Positions 45,876 through 55,565 are shown, counted from the stretch's first letter. The stretch: 64,000 bases of DNA from Candidatus Heimdallarchaeum aukensis (GCA_021513695.1 CP084166.1:192001-256000); one strand, 5' to 3'. Program-made: numbers and translations. Notes: generated by a model not told the origin, from the sequence alone.

Positions 45876-46427
45876 TTATAAAGTATTTAAAAAGGCTATT
45901 TCATTGAAATTCTTTCTTGGAGGTCTATTTTTTTCAGAGTTTGCATCCTTTTCTGATAATACTTCAGTATAATTCTCATTATGTCTTCCCACTATAATTA
46001 ATGTAATAATTCTGTATTCTTGGGGAATATTCAATACATTTTTAGCTTCTTCTTCGTTAAACCCAGCTATTGGATGGGCAACAAGTCCCATTTCTGTTAA
46101 ACGTAGGATAATATTTGCTGTTGCCATTCCTGTATCAAAAAGATAGTATTCTCTTCCTTTAACTATACAATCTAAATCTGGTTTAGAGAAAACAGCAATT
46201 ACCATTGAAGCTTTTTTCGCCCAAGCATTTGCTTCAGATAAAGTAGAAAAGATTTTTTCCAGATTTTCTTTCCCGTAAACAAAGACAAATCTCCAAGGTT
46301 GTTTGTTAAAACAAGAAGGAGCTAAACTTGCTAATTCAACCAATTCCTTTATCATTTCTTCTTTTACTTCAAAGGGAAGTAATGATCTGTATGCTCTCCT
46401 TTTATTAACTATTTCATAAAAATTCAT
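45876..46427 (-). CDS. Nitroreductase-family flavoprotein
   Basis: FYEIVNKRRAYRS, PSCFNKQPWRF, and 183 aa. Its ATG directly abuts the bcp stop. Confidence 0.75.
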   Translation of the reverse strand: MNFYEIVNKRRAYRSLLPFEVKEEMIKELVELASLAPSCFNKQPWRFVFVYGKENLEKIFSTLSEANAWAKKASMVIAVFSKPDLDCIVKGREYYLFDTGMATANIILRLTEMGLVAHPIAGFNEEEAKNVLNIPQEYRIITLIIVGRHNENYTEVLSEKDANSEKNRPPRKNFNEIAFLNTL

Positions 46428-46904
46428 TTAATCACCTTTTATATTTAAAATTGTAGACAAAACATCCATAGAATGCTCTTTAACTTTTACTTTTTCCCAT
46501 ATCTTAGCAACTTTTCCTTCAGGAGAAATAAGGAAGGTCTTTCTAGCTGTACCAAAAAACTTCTTCGGTCCCATTTTCTTCTTAACCCAACAACCATAAG
46601 CTTCAATTATTTCATGGTTTTCATCGCTTAGTAAAATTACTTTTAGATCCTTTTTCTCTTCAAATTTCTTAAGTTTACTAATTGGGTCATTACTTATCCC
46701 AAAAATTATGGCATCTCTTTTCTTGAATTCTTCAATTTGTTCAGAGAATGTTTTTGCTTCAATTGTACATCCTGGAGTATTTGCTCTGGGGTAAAAATAA
46801 ACTACAACCCATTTTCCTAAATAGTCTTTTAGACAATGTTCTTTCCCATTTTGGTCCTTTAGACAAAAATCAATGGCTTTATCACCAACTTTTAAATTTG
46901 ACAT
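46428..46904 (-). CDS. bcp: Peroxiredoxin, Bcp type
   Basis: WVVVYFYPRANTPGCTIEAKTF (peroxidatic Cys motif PxxxTxxC), and 158 aa. Confidence 0.85.
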   Translation of the reverse strand: MSNLKVGDKAIDFCLKDQNGKEHCLKDYLGKWVVVYFYPRANTPGCTIEAKTFSEQIEEFKKRDAIIFGISNDPISKLKKFEEKKDLKVILLSDENHEIIEAYGCWVKKKMGPKKFFGTARKTFLISPEGKVAKIWEKVKVKEHSMDVLSTILNIKGD

Positions 46905-47006
46905 AATATCAAAGACTAGTTGTTTTTCAAATTATTTAAAAATGATGTTCTAACAAAAAAAATTTAGAAAGTTAGTTAAGAGAAAATTGAGAAAATTAAG
47001 AATTTT

Positions 47007-48023
47007 TTATCTGTGATATCCAACACCAATATCTTCTTTTACATCTAGATCAACAAAAATACATTCTTTCTTCTGTGGTACTGGATTAAGAGAATCTGCC
47101 ATCCAAAATTGATAATTTTTGAAGTTTGCAGCAGAAGCAACGTTTCCATCTTTATCCATTACCAAAATAGACAGAGTTCCTACATTAGGTTCCAAATTTT
47201 CAATCATTTTTATGGCATAAACAGCAGCTTCTTCTACATTTTTTCCTTTAGATAATTCATATACAGCTATTCTAGCGAGAGATAATCTGATGGCTATTTC
47301 TCCTACGCCTACACAAGCAGCTGCTCCATATCTGCTATCAGCATAATTCCCAGCACCAATTAAAGGAGAATCACCCGCTCTACCAGGAAACTTGAAAGAT
47401 AAACCACTAGTTGAAACTCCTGAGCAAATATTTCCATTAATATCTCGTGCAATAACATTGACTGTTCCATGTTTCTCTTTGGCATATTTTTCATACCAGG
47501 ACATTAAATCATTATTTTCGACCATTTTCTTGAAAGATTTAAAATATCTCTCTTTAAGTTTCATAGTTTTCTCGTTGTCGTAAGGATAAGTCTCGATCTT
47601 TTTCTTTTTTAAGAAATCATTGTATATAGCTTTGGCATTTTCTGTAAGTAATTCTGATTGAGGGAATCCAATAACATCTGCGAACAAATCAGCAAATTCC
47701 CCAACTAAAAGAACATGTGGGGTTAATTCTAATACTTTTCTTGCAATTGAAATGGGATTTTTGTGTTTTCTAACTCCTGCAACCGCTCCAGCTTTTAAGG
47801 TAGTTCCATCCATTATAGAGGCATCTAGTTCCACTTCACCTAGTAAATTGGCTAATCCTCCAATACCAACTGTCCAGTCATCCAAATTGTCTTCAACAAT
47901 CTTTATTGTCTCTTCTACAGCATCTATTGCCTTATTTCCTTGTAACAAAAGCTCAATCCCTTTAGGTAAACCAACATCAGAACGAATCGTTCCTGCAATA
48001 ACAGCTCTTTCCAATTTAATCAA
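47007..48023 (-). CDS. Ntn-hydrolase of the (glycosyl)asparaginase / isoaspartyl peptidase family
   Basis: AIDAVEE ... VGIGGLANLLGEVELDASIMDG ... HGTVNVIARDINGNICSGVSTSGLSFKFPGRAGDSPLIGAGNYAD (autoprocessing Thr in HGT|V, GDSP-x-GAG). TTG start in the track, so the N-terminus is uncertain. Confidence 0.8.
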   Translation of the reverse strand: MIKLERAVIAGTIRSDVGLPKGIELLLQGNKAIDAVEETIKIVEDNLDDWTVGIGGLANLLGEVELDASIMDGTTLKAGAVAGVRKHKNPISIARKVLELTPHVLLVGEFADLFADVIGFPQSELLTENAKAIYNDFLKKKKIETYPYDNEKTMKLKERYFKSFKKMVENNDLMSWYEKYAKEKHGTVNVIARDINGNICSGVSTSGLSFKFPGRAGDSPLIGAGNYADSRYGAAACVGVGEIAIRLSLARIAVYELSKGKNVEEAAVYAIKMIENLEPNVGTLSILVMDKDGNVASAANFKNYQFWMADSLNPVPQKKECIFVDLDVKEDIGVGYHR

Positions 48024-48126
48024 TTGAGAGTTCAGCTGGAATTAAAAAGATTTACTATTTGGAATCAGAAGATGAAGTCTTAAGCTATTTAATAGTAGAA
48101 AAACATGTGGATAAAGAAAAGAAAAA

Positions 48127-48990
48127 TTATTTTTTATCTACAAAATTTATGGTTAAGATATTAATTATACCTTTTTCAACTAAATTAGCTAAGATTGCGA
48201 TATATTCACTAAAAGAAAAATTATACTTTAGTTCATTGTATATTAGTAATATGTTGTTTTTATCATTGTTTTTACACTTTTCAATAATAGAAGCTAGATT
48301 TCGACTTTCAACAGTATCAAGGTCATTAAAAATCTCTCCAAATTCAGTGTCTTCTTTTATAGTTTGAGGAATTGAGCAAATACTATTTATTATTAATTCA
48401 AGAGCAAGTTTATCGCTCAAGTTCATCTCGTTCGTTACCTTATCATCTAAAAATTTTAGTACAAGTTCTAAAGCTTTGACATCAATATAGGTTGCTTTAG
48501 AGTAAGCTTCTTCAATTCCAGTTAACCATTTTTTAACTTGTTTTTTCTGAACTTCTTTTTCTGTTAATATTTGAATTTCAAGGAATTGGTCATCAATAAT
48601 TATTTTATCTAAGTCGTTTTTTTTAGTTTGATCAAAAACAAATATCTTATTTCTAATTTTATCGTTTATTTGGAAATAATCAATGTTTCTGATTCTAATA
48701 AGATGATCAGTAATGATTTCAATTTTCGATCTCTCTACTTTTTGAGGAGAAGGAAGAGGAAGTCCAGGAATACTAGATTCATCATTTTCCTTTTTTACTG
48801 GAATCTGTGTCCTTACATTTAAATCAGAATCCACATGAAGTAGAATAGCATTTTCCTTATTACCTTTGCATTTGTGAACATCAATAATATCCATTAAACC
48901 TCTCGTATCTACATTAAAATTTATATTTTCAGGAAGACCCATTATTCTTTGTTTTAAGCAGATGTTACATTGATATTCTATCTTCTTCAT
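48127..48990 (-). CDS. Unknown-function protein, CxxC...HxC N-terminal module; paralogue of 35162..36112
   Basis: See 35162..36112. 287 aa: MKKIEYQCNICLKQRIMGLPENINFNVDTRGLMDIIDVHKCKGN..., with C-terminal EYIAILANLVEKGIINILTINF. Confidence 0.6.
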   Translation of the reverse strand: MKKIEYQCNICLKQRIMGLPENINFNVDTRGLMDIIDVHKCKGNKENAILLHVDSDLNVRTQIPVKKENDESSIPGLPLPSPQKVERSKIEIITDHLIRIRNIDYFQINDKIRNKIFVFDQTKKNDLDKIIIDDQFLEIQILTEKEVQKKQVKKWLTGIEEAYSKATYIDVKALELVLKFLDDKVTNEMNLSDKLALELIINSICSIPQTIKEDTEFGEIFNDLDTVESRNLASIIEKCKNNDKNNILLIYNELKYNFSFSEYIAILANLVEKGIINILTINFVDKK

Positions 48991-49153
48991 TCAAACTCTA
49001 CCATTAAATTATATATTTATTTTATTCATGAAGGAATTAATTAATATTTTGGTTTTTTCTTTTAAAATTTCTTAGAGATAAAATTATATTTTAAAAAGTA
49101 ATCTTAAATTATGGCTTAAAACCTTTCTAGTTTAAACTTTTTTGTAATTTAAA

Positions 49154-50062
49154 TTAAGTTGGAATTTTATCAATTATTTTTTTCATTGTTTGTGTAAATT
49201 CGTATACACCAGGTTTGATATGAAAGTAATCATATGTTGGAACAGTTAATGTTTTACAGTTTGGAATAATCTCTTCTAATTTCTTTGACTCTTGATAATT
49301 GTGATATTTATCATGTTCTGTTAATATTAAGAAAACAGGGCTTTTAATACCTTTAAAGTCGTTTGTAGCATCCCACTTCCTAACTTGATTACAGTTTTTC
49401 CACTTTTCGATATTGATTTTTTCAACTCTCTGGTAATAAACTTCTTTCTGAAAACCTTCAGACACTTTGTTCCTTAAATACATTCTACCTATTTTTTTGC
49501 CTAACCAATTTACAATATTTTTAGGAAGAATTAGTGCTAATGTGATCAAAAAACCAGGCGCTCTAGGTTTTCTAGCAGGACTTGCAAAAAAGCAACACTT
49601 TGGCTCAATTTTTTCTTGAGTTATACAATGAGCAATGTATGTTGCTCCTACACTCGAACCGAAAAATACTATGTTCTTTTCTTCAATTTGGTAATGTTTA
49701 ATGATCTCTGCTATATCTTTTGCCATTCTCTGAACAGAACATTCTGAATCTTTTTGTAAATTGATAGTGTCTTTATCTCTAGGATCAATAACAAGTAAGT
49801 TGTATACTTCAGCTATAGCATCCCAAAGATCTGTCCATGTTTCTTTTTCAGAACCAAAACCTTGAATAAAGACAAAAGTGGTTCTATTAGTATTCTTATT
49901 TTTATTAGAATAAATGCAATAAATATCTAGGTTGTCAGAAACAGTAACATATTCTTTTTTTGCTTCATTAATGAATTTCCAATCGAACTTGTATTTTGAT
50001 TCAAAGTCGTTTTTAGGCATAAAAATGATTGTGAAAAACTTGTATAAAAAGTAATCCATCAT
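49154..50062 (-). CDS. Alpha/beta-hydrolase fold protein
   Basis: FVFIQGFGS, nucleophile elbow FFGSSVGATY (GxSxG), LTEHDKYH, YDYFH. A hydrophobic lid segment PGFLITLALILP. Paralogous in layout to 53917..54798. Confidence 0.65.
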   Translation of the reverse strand: MMDYFLYKFFTIIFMPKNDFESKYKFDWKFINEAKKEYVTVSDNLDIYCIYSNKNKNTNRTTFVFIQGFGSEKETWTDLWDAIAEVYNLLVIDPRDKDTINLQKDSECSVQRMAKDIAEIIKHYQIEEKNIVFFGSSVGATYIAHCITQEKIEPKCCFFASPARKPRAPGFLITLALILPKNIVNWLGKKIGRMYLRNKVSEGFQKEVYYQRVEKINIEKWKNCNQVRKWDATNDFKGIKSPVFLILTEHDKYHNYQESKKLEEIIPNCKTLTVPTYDYFHIKPGVYEFTQTMKKIIDKIPT

Positions 50063-50259
50063 AAATGGAATTTATAGGCCTTTAAACAAATAAATATACA
50101 AATTCGTGAAAATAAATTTATGTTGTTTCATAGGTTAATTTCAGTTTTATTCATTGTTAATCACATACCCTCGTAACCCACTTTCTATATTTTTGTTACC
50201 TATTTTTCTTGAGTAAACAAGATAGAACAGAGCCTTAAATGTTAAAAAAAAGAGAAGGC

Positions 50260-50730
50260 TTACTCTCCAAGAATTTTTGTTTTAAGATTAGCCATTTCAA
50301 TTGCTGAAAGAGCAGCATCTACTCCTTTATTTCCCATTTTTGTTCCTGCTCGCTCTATTGCTTGTTCTAGTGTATCAGTTGTTAATATTCCGTAACTTAT
50401 TGGTACATCTAGGTTCAATGATGCTTTAGCAACTCCTTTTGATACTTCACTGGCTACGTAATCAAAATGTGGCGTTGCACCTCTAATAACTGCCCCCAGA
50501 GCTATTATTGCATCATATTTTTTCTTTTCGCCCATTATTTTGAGAGTATAAGGTATTTCAAAAGCTCCTGGAGTCCATACTACATCTATATCTTCATTCT
50601 CGACTTCATGTCGTATTAATGTATCTATGGCTCCTTTTAGCAATTTACTTGTAATTAGTTCATTAAACCTACTTACAACTATTCCGATCTTTAAATTTTT
50701 TCCTGTTTGTTTTCCTTCAAAAATTTTCAT
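50260..50730 (-). CDS. ribH: 6,7-dimethyl-8-ribityllumazine synthase
   Basis: [22 protein letters not shown] ... [10 protein letters not shown] ... [16 protein letters not shown]; 156 aa. Confidence 0.95.
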   Translation of the reverse strand: MKIFEGKQTGKNLKIGIVVSRFNELITSKLLKGAIDTLIRHEVENEDIDVVWTPGAFEIPYTLKIMGEKKKYDAIIALGAVIRGATPHFDYVASEVSKGVAKASLNLDVPISYGILTTDTLEQAIERAGTKMGNKGVDAALSAIEMANLKTKILGE

Positions 50731-50741
50731 TTATACTCCTC

Positions 50742-51944
50742 TCAATTATCGATAATATTCAACAAATGACCCAATTTCTCTTGTTTCGCTTTTAAGTAAG
50801 CATAATTTTGTATATTAGGATCCATTCTCAAAGGTATTCTCTGTGCTATTTTTATGTTGTATTTCTCAAGTTTTTTTATTTTATCAGGATTGTTTGTTAA
50901 TATTCTGATCTCGTTTATTCCTAAATCTTTCAAAATATCCGCAGCTATCTTATAATCTCGCAAATCTGCAGGAAAACCTAATTTTAGATTTGCATCGAAA
51001 GTATCATATCCACACTCTTGAAGTTTGTAAGCTTTCAATTTATTTAATAAACCAATTCCTCTTCCTTCTTGTCTTAAATAGAGTAGTACTCCCGTTCCTT
51101 CCTCTGCTATCATTTCCATAGATTTCTCAAGTTGCGAACCACAATCACATTTTAATGATTTTAAAACATCACCTGTAAGACATTCAGAATGTAATCGGAT
51201 CAATATTGACTGATTTTCTTTTATTTCTCCTTTAATTAAAGCAATATGTTCTAATCCATTATACTTGTCGCTATAACCTATAATCTTGAATGTTCCAAAT
51301 TTTGTAGGTATATTTGTTTCTACTACACGTTCAACAAAGCTCTCATTTTTTAATCTATATTCAATCAATGAAGATATTGTTATAATTTTCAATCCATATC
51401 TTTGAGCAAAAGAGAGTAACTCTGGAACTCTTGCCATGTGTCCATCATCTTTTATTATTTCGCAAATAACAGCTGCGGGAAAAGCATTACAGATTTTTGC
51501 TAAATCAACAGATGCTTCTGTATGTCCCTCTCTTTTTAGAACTCCTCCTTCTACAGCAATTAAAGGAAAAATGTGTCCGGGTCGTCTGAAATCTTCTGCT
51601 TTTTTAGTACGGTCTGTAATGTCACGAACAGTTTTTGCACGTTCATAAGCAGAAATTCCTGTAGTACAATCAATACTGTCAATCGATACCGTAAAAGCAG
51701 TTTGGTTGGGATCATTATTCTTTGTAACCATAAGAGACAAGTTTAACTCTCTTGCTCTTTCAGAAGTAATGGGCACACAGACCAACCCTCGAGCAAAACG
51801 GATCATAAAATTAATTGTATCTGGTGTGATTCTATCGGCTAAAGCTACAAGATCTCCCTCATTCTCTCTCTCTTCATTATCAATTACAATGATACATTTT
51901 CCTTCTTTTAAATCTTTTATGGCTTCTTCTATTGAATTAAACAT
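50742..51944 (-). CDS. ribBA: Bifunctional 3,4-dihydroxy-2-butanone-4-phosphate synthase / GTP cyclohydrolase II
   Basis: [20 protein letters not shown] and [10 protein letters not shown] (DHBP synthase). [23 protein letters not shown] and [14 protein letters not shown] (GCH II). Confidence 0.95.
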   Translation of the reverse strand: MFNSIEEAIKDLKEGKCIIVIDNEERENEGDLVALADRITPDTINFMIRFARGLVCVPITSERARELNLSLMVTKNNDPNQTAFTVSIDSIDCTTGISAYERAKTVRDITDRTKKAEDFRRPGHIFPLIAVEGGVLKREGHTEASVDLAKICNAFPAAVICEIIKDDGHMARVPELLSFAQRYGLKIITISSLIEYRLKNESFVERVVETNIPTKFGTFKIIGYSDKYNGLEHIALIKGEIKENQSILIRLHSECLTGDVLKSLKCDCGSQLEKSMEMIAEEGTGVLLYLRQEGRGIGLLNKLKAYKLQECGYDTFDANLKLGFPADLRDYKIAADILKDLGINEIRILTNNPDKIKKLEKYNIKIAQRIPLRMDPNIQNYAYLKAKQEKLGHLLNIIDN

Positions 51945-51954
51945 TTAACCACTC

Positions 51955-52611
51955 CTAAAAACTATGTTCAAACAAAAATTCTTTTGAAAGAATGATTGAT
52001 TGCCTTTTCTCCTCATTGAACTTTTGCAGCAAATGTTCAACATATTTTGATAATATGTCGCACTCGATATTAACTACAGAACCTATCGAATATTTTCTCA
52101 TGATAGTATTTTCCAAAGTATGAGGAATAATAGAGACAGTAAAGCTACTAGAATTTTTATAGACACCGACAACAGTCAAACTTACACCATCAATAGCAAT
52201 CGAACCCTTTGGAACAATATAATTTAGAAGAAATGAACGAGTTTTTATTCTAAAAATTATTGAATTTTGTTTTGTTTCTTTCTTAACTATTTCTCCCATG
52301 GCATCAACATGCCCTTGTACAAAGTGGCCGTTTAATCGATCTTGTAACTTCAAAGCTCTCTCAAGATTAACAAATGAACCTCTCTGAAGAAATTTTAGAT
52401 TTGTTCGTTCTAATGTTTCTGGCATCATATCAGCTGTAAAGGCTGTACTAGTAAAACCAGTAACTGTTAAACATACTCCATTAACAGAAATACTTTCTCC
52501 AATACGTATATCTTGTAAAACTGTTCTAGCCTTTATCTCAATTTTACACTGGCTTCTTGACCTATTTAGATGATTAACTAAACCTATTTCTTCAATAATT
52601 CCTGTAAACAT
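51955..52611 (-). CDS. ribE: Riboflavin synthase, bacterial/eukaryotic alpha-chain type
   Basis: MFTGIIEEIG, GESISVNGVCLTV, repeated GSIAIDGVSLTV, NGHFVQGHVD; 218 aa. Confidence 0.95.
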   Translation of the reverse strand: MFTGIIEEIGLVNHLNRSRSQCKIEIKARTVLQDIRIGESISVNGVCLTVTGFTSTAFTADMMPETLERTNLKFLQRGSFVNLERALKLQDRLNGHFVQGHVDAMGEIVKKETKQNSIIFRIKTRSFLLNYIVPKGSIAIDGVSLTVVGVYKNSSSFTVSIIPHTLENTIMRKYSIGSVVNIECDILSKYVEHLLQKFNEEKRQSIILSKEFLFEHSF

Positions 52612-52993
52612 TGGTTCGACCTACATTGTTCCATTTGTGTGAAATTACGGTAATTTGAATTTAGGAACTCTAATTGAATTAAAAACCTACTCATATATTA
52701 ACATTGTTACTCATATACTGGTAATTGCTCTATAGAGAAAACAAAGAAAAGAGTATTTTAAACGTAATTCTTTGTTATTATTCAAAAATAGGAGTACAAA
52801 ACTGTCAAAATATATAAAATACTAAACAAATTATTTTGATAAATCTGTTTTAAAATTAATTAAAAAACTTTCAAATAAAGAATAAGACCCTCAACAACCT
52901 TCTATGGCTTTACTTTTTAGTTTTGTTTTTTTATATCTGTTCTAAAAAGATGCCTTTTTGTAACAACCTCTTTCTTATTTATTACCCCCTTTA

Positions 52994-53027
52994 TTTCGAG
53001 TGGAAAGACCTTTTTTTCGAGTGGAAA
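52994..53027. repeat. 13-bp direct repeat TTTCGAGTGGAAA x2 with 21-bp periodicity in the 552-bp spacer upstream of ribE
   Basis: Exact copies at 52994..53006 and 53015..53027, read directly. It falls inside a dubious 45-aa minus-strand ORF (52917..53054), where it would encode FPLEK/FPLEI. Confidence 0.5.
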
Positions 53028-53163
53028 AAATGATAGATAAAAGATTGGAATCATTAAAGTAGGACGTTGTAATAGGTCTGAAAATTTATTTAAAATGTAA
53101 TAATTTGAAAACTTAATTTCATTACTTTCTGGTAATAAGTATTAAATGAGGAAAAAGTAGAAA

Positions 53164-53802
53164 TTAAATTCCACTAGATATTAAGATATAGTGCAAAGCT
53201 GCTCCTATTATTATGAAGATATGGAAAAATTCATGTCCTTCAATTACTCCAGGAATGAGAATAGGCTTTTTGTAATAGCTCATTATCGCACCGACAGTGT
53301 AAGCAATTCCCCCTAAAAATAAAAACATAATCTTAACAAATCCTAGATTATTTAACATGTAAGGTAGAGCAAGGACTGCTAACCAACCCATTATTATGTA
53401 CATAGTTGTATCCCATATATTTTTTTTCTTTATTTTTTTAGACAACTTGAGATAAACGCCTGCTATAGCTACAATCCACTCTATAATAATCATGGGGATA
53501 TAGTATAATTTGGGAAGGAAAAGATAAGAAATAATGGTATAAGAGCCTGCAATCATTAGGTAAATAGCTGCATGATCTATTTTTCTTGCCAACAATTTCT
53601 CGTAATTATCACCCTTTTGGGAGTGATATATGGCACTAGCACTAAACATTGCTAACATACAGATTGAATAAAGAAGAGCAATAAAGAATACTCTTAAATC
53701 ACTAAAACTGTTAATAAGAAGAAAAACTGAACCAATTAAAGCTAAAACAGCTCCTAATGCATGACTAATAGTGTTAAAGGTTTCTTGTTTATTGTAGAAC
53801 AT
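53164..53802 (-). CDS. Hemolysin III / PAQR family membrane protein
   Basis: Seven TM segments with SHALGAVLALIG, YHSQ, KIDHAAIYLMIAGSYT and HEFFHIFIIIGAALHY (conserved His/Asp positions of the family). Confidence 0.85.
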   Translation of the reverse strand: MFYNKQETFNTISHALGAVLALIGSVFLLINSFSDLRVFFIALLYSICMLAMFSASAIYHSQKGDNYEKLLARKIDHAAIYLMIAGSYTIISYLFLPKLYYIPMIIIEWIVAIAGVYLKLSKKIKKKNIWDTTMYIIMGWLAVLALPYMLNNLGFVKIMFLFLGGIAYTVGAIMSYYKKPILIPGVIEGHEFFHIFIIIGAALHYILISSGI

Positions 53803-53916
53803 AAGTAATGGTTTTCTAACTTGTATTTATTTATTTTCAAACAAAATTTTGTTAACCTAATTTTTGGAAAAAAGAAAGACTAATTAAGACAATGAATCTT
53901 TCGAAGTTAGACAAAG

Positions 53917-54798
53917 ATGGTTAGACGACCAAAAAAAGAATACTGGCTTGAAGAAGAAGCAGAAAAAATGATTTTAGAACTAGAAAATGGAGCAAAGTTA
54001 AGAATACTTTATTTTAAAGCAAAAAATAAAAGCAAAGAGACTTTAAATTTAGTGTTCTATTCTGGTTTTATTTCTTATGTTTATATCTGGGAAAAAGCTA
54101 TAGAAAAACTCCGAGAAAAGCATGATATTTACTTTATAGAAACAAGAGAAAAAGAATTTTCACGCTTTCCTAAAGATGAAGTAGTATATAACACAGAAAC
54201 TTTAGCTGAAGATTTCGTTTTGGTTCTTAAAGAATGTAAAATAATAGGGCATGATTTAGAAAATACTGTATTTATAGGTTCTTCAATAGCTTCTGTAGCT
54301 ATGCTTGAAGCAATGGGAAAATATGACATTAATCCTCTGATATCTTTCCACTCTTCTCCTCAAATGAAATATACAGCAGCTGACAGAAGAAAAAATATGC
54401 ATATAGTAGGAAGAATACCCTATTTTATTGTTCTTCTCATTAAACCACTGATTTTCTTCTTTTATGGTTTGAAATTTAGAAAGGATAGAGATTCTGCAAG
54501 AAGAAGAAAACATACATTAGCCAGATTGCTGCAACCTTCTCAACAAAAATGGATGAGAAAAGCTAAAACATTTGCAGCACCATATGAAGTAGATAAAGAA
54601 GCTCTAAAAAAGATTAAGTCCCCAGTAATAATAATTGGTGCAAAAGAAGATCCAGAACACGATGAAGAAGAAGTACAAAAACTAATAAATCTTATTCCTA
54701 GGAGCAAGTTCAGAAAAGTTAAAGAAAAAGCAGATACTCACAACGAAGTCTTAGCTGAGATAGTTTTTGAAGAATTAAGCAAATTAAGGAAAAAGTGA
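53917..54798 (+). CDS. Alpha/beta-hydrolase fold protein (GSSIA nucleophile elbow variant)
   Basis: VFIGSSIASVA, IKSPVIIIGAKEDPEH, ADTHNE. Hydrophobic lid IPYFIVLLIKPLIFFFYGL. Same layout as 49154..50062. Confidence 0.6.
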   Translation: MVRRPKKEYWLEEEAEKMILELENGAKLRILYFKAKNKSKETLNLVFYSGFISYVYIWEKAIEKLREKHDIYFIETREKEFSRFPKDEVVYNTETLAEDFVLVLKECKIIGHDLENTVFIGSSIASVAMLEAMGKYDINPLISFHSSPQMKYTAADRRKNMHIVGRIPYFIVLLIKPLIFFFYGLKFRKDRDSARRRKHTLARLLQPSQQKWMRKAKTFAAPYEVDKEALKKIKSPVIIIGAKEDPEHDEEEVQKLINLIPRSKFRKVKEKADTHNEVLAEIVFEELSKLRKK

Positions 54799-54931
54799 AA
54801 AAAAGAACTTTGCCCTAAATAATCAGAATAGTGTTTAGGAAATGATTCACTTTATTTTTAGACAAATCTCGCAAATATTTTTATAATAGTCAATTTTTTT
54901 TTAAGATATAACTCTTAAAGGCGAATTTTGT

Positions 54932-55565
54932 TTGAATATGCGAGAAAATGAAGAAATAGAAATTAAAGGAAAAAGTAAAATTAGAAGAATAGCATCTCTT
55001 GATTTTCAAAGAGGATTGGCAATTTGGATGATGGTTTTTTTACACGTCTGGAATCATATTTACGACTTTAGTTGGATAGATTTAGGAACAATATTTCAAG
55101 AAGCAAACTTTCTTTTTGGAATTTGGGTAATTTTCTGTGGATTTTTCGGCGGGTGGGCTGGATATTTCCTTTAATTTCTTCAACAGTTAACGCTTTAGCT
55201 TCTGTGAAAAAAGTAAGAAAAAGTGGAAGTGCTGAAAGAGTTTTAGCAAAGCAAATTCTTACAGGAATAGGGGTTCTTATAGCTGGAAGATTGACAGAAG
55301 CTTTTGGATACTACGGTTATTTTGAAGAGTCTTTAGGTCAGGAAAATCACTTTTTTCGATAGAAACTTGGACCGATACACACTACTACTCTTTTATTTGG
55401 AGAAGAATCTTTATGGTTGAAGCTCTTCAGATTATTGGCTGGGCTATGATAATTAACGCTGTTATTCAATTTTTCTTGATCAAGAATGGAGGAGCAGAAA
55501 AAACGGTAAGAAACTTGATGATTTATGCTTCTTTAGTTGTTCTTGTTGCTACTCCTTTCATATGA
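54932..55565 (+). pseudogene. Frameshifted and probably truncated DUF1624/HGSNAT-like acyltransferase-type membrane protein gene
   Basis: Three consecutive frames carry one continuous membrane-protein sequence. Frame 2 runs 54932..55174 (DFQRGLAIWMMVFLHVWNH...GGWAGYFL*). Frame 1 runs to 55362 (...PLISSTVNALASVKK...GVLIAGRLTEAFGYYGYF...). Frame 0 runs to TGA 55563..55565 (...WTDTHYYSFIWRRIFMVEALQIIGWAMIINAVIQFF...). The shifts lie near 55165-55175 and the T6 run at about 55351. Assembly errors are not excluded. Confidence 0.6.

Noticed and set aside
52612-53163. Expected FMN (RFN) riboswitch upstream of the bacterial-type rib operon
   Set aside because: I read both strands. The spacer is AT-rich and lacks the GC-rich conserved RFN core helices, so there is no support for a riboswitch.
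26480-54513. Further short track ORFs: 26480..26749, 29759..29965, 29889..30095, 31098..31523, 33287..33469, 33707..33907, 34054..34236, 34253..34687, 34762..35052, 37497..37778, 39254..39442, 40081..40326, 40398..40604, 42518..42718, 47392..47583, 47752..48027, 48059..48367, 48628..48822, 51436..51648, 51706..51948, 54129..54329, 54283..54513, 58389..58613 and 61680..61922
   Set aside because: All are antisense to, or out of frame within, confidently assigned genes. None has a recognisable motif or an independent promoter/RBS signal.
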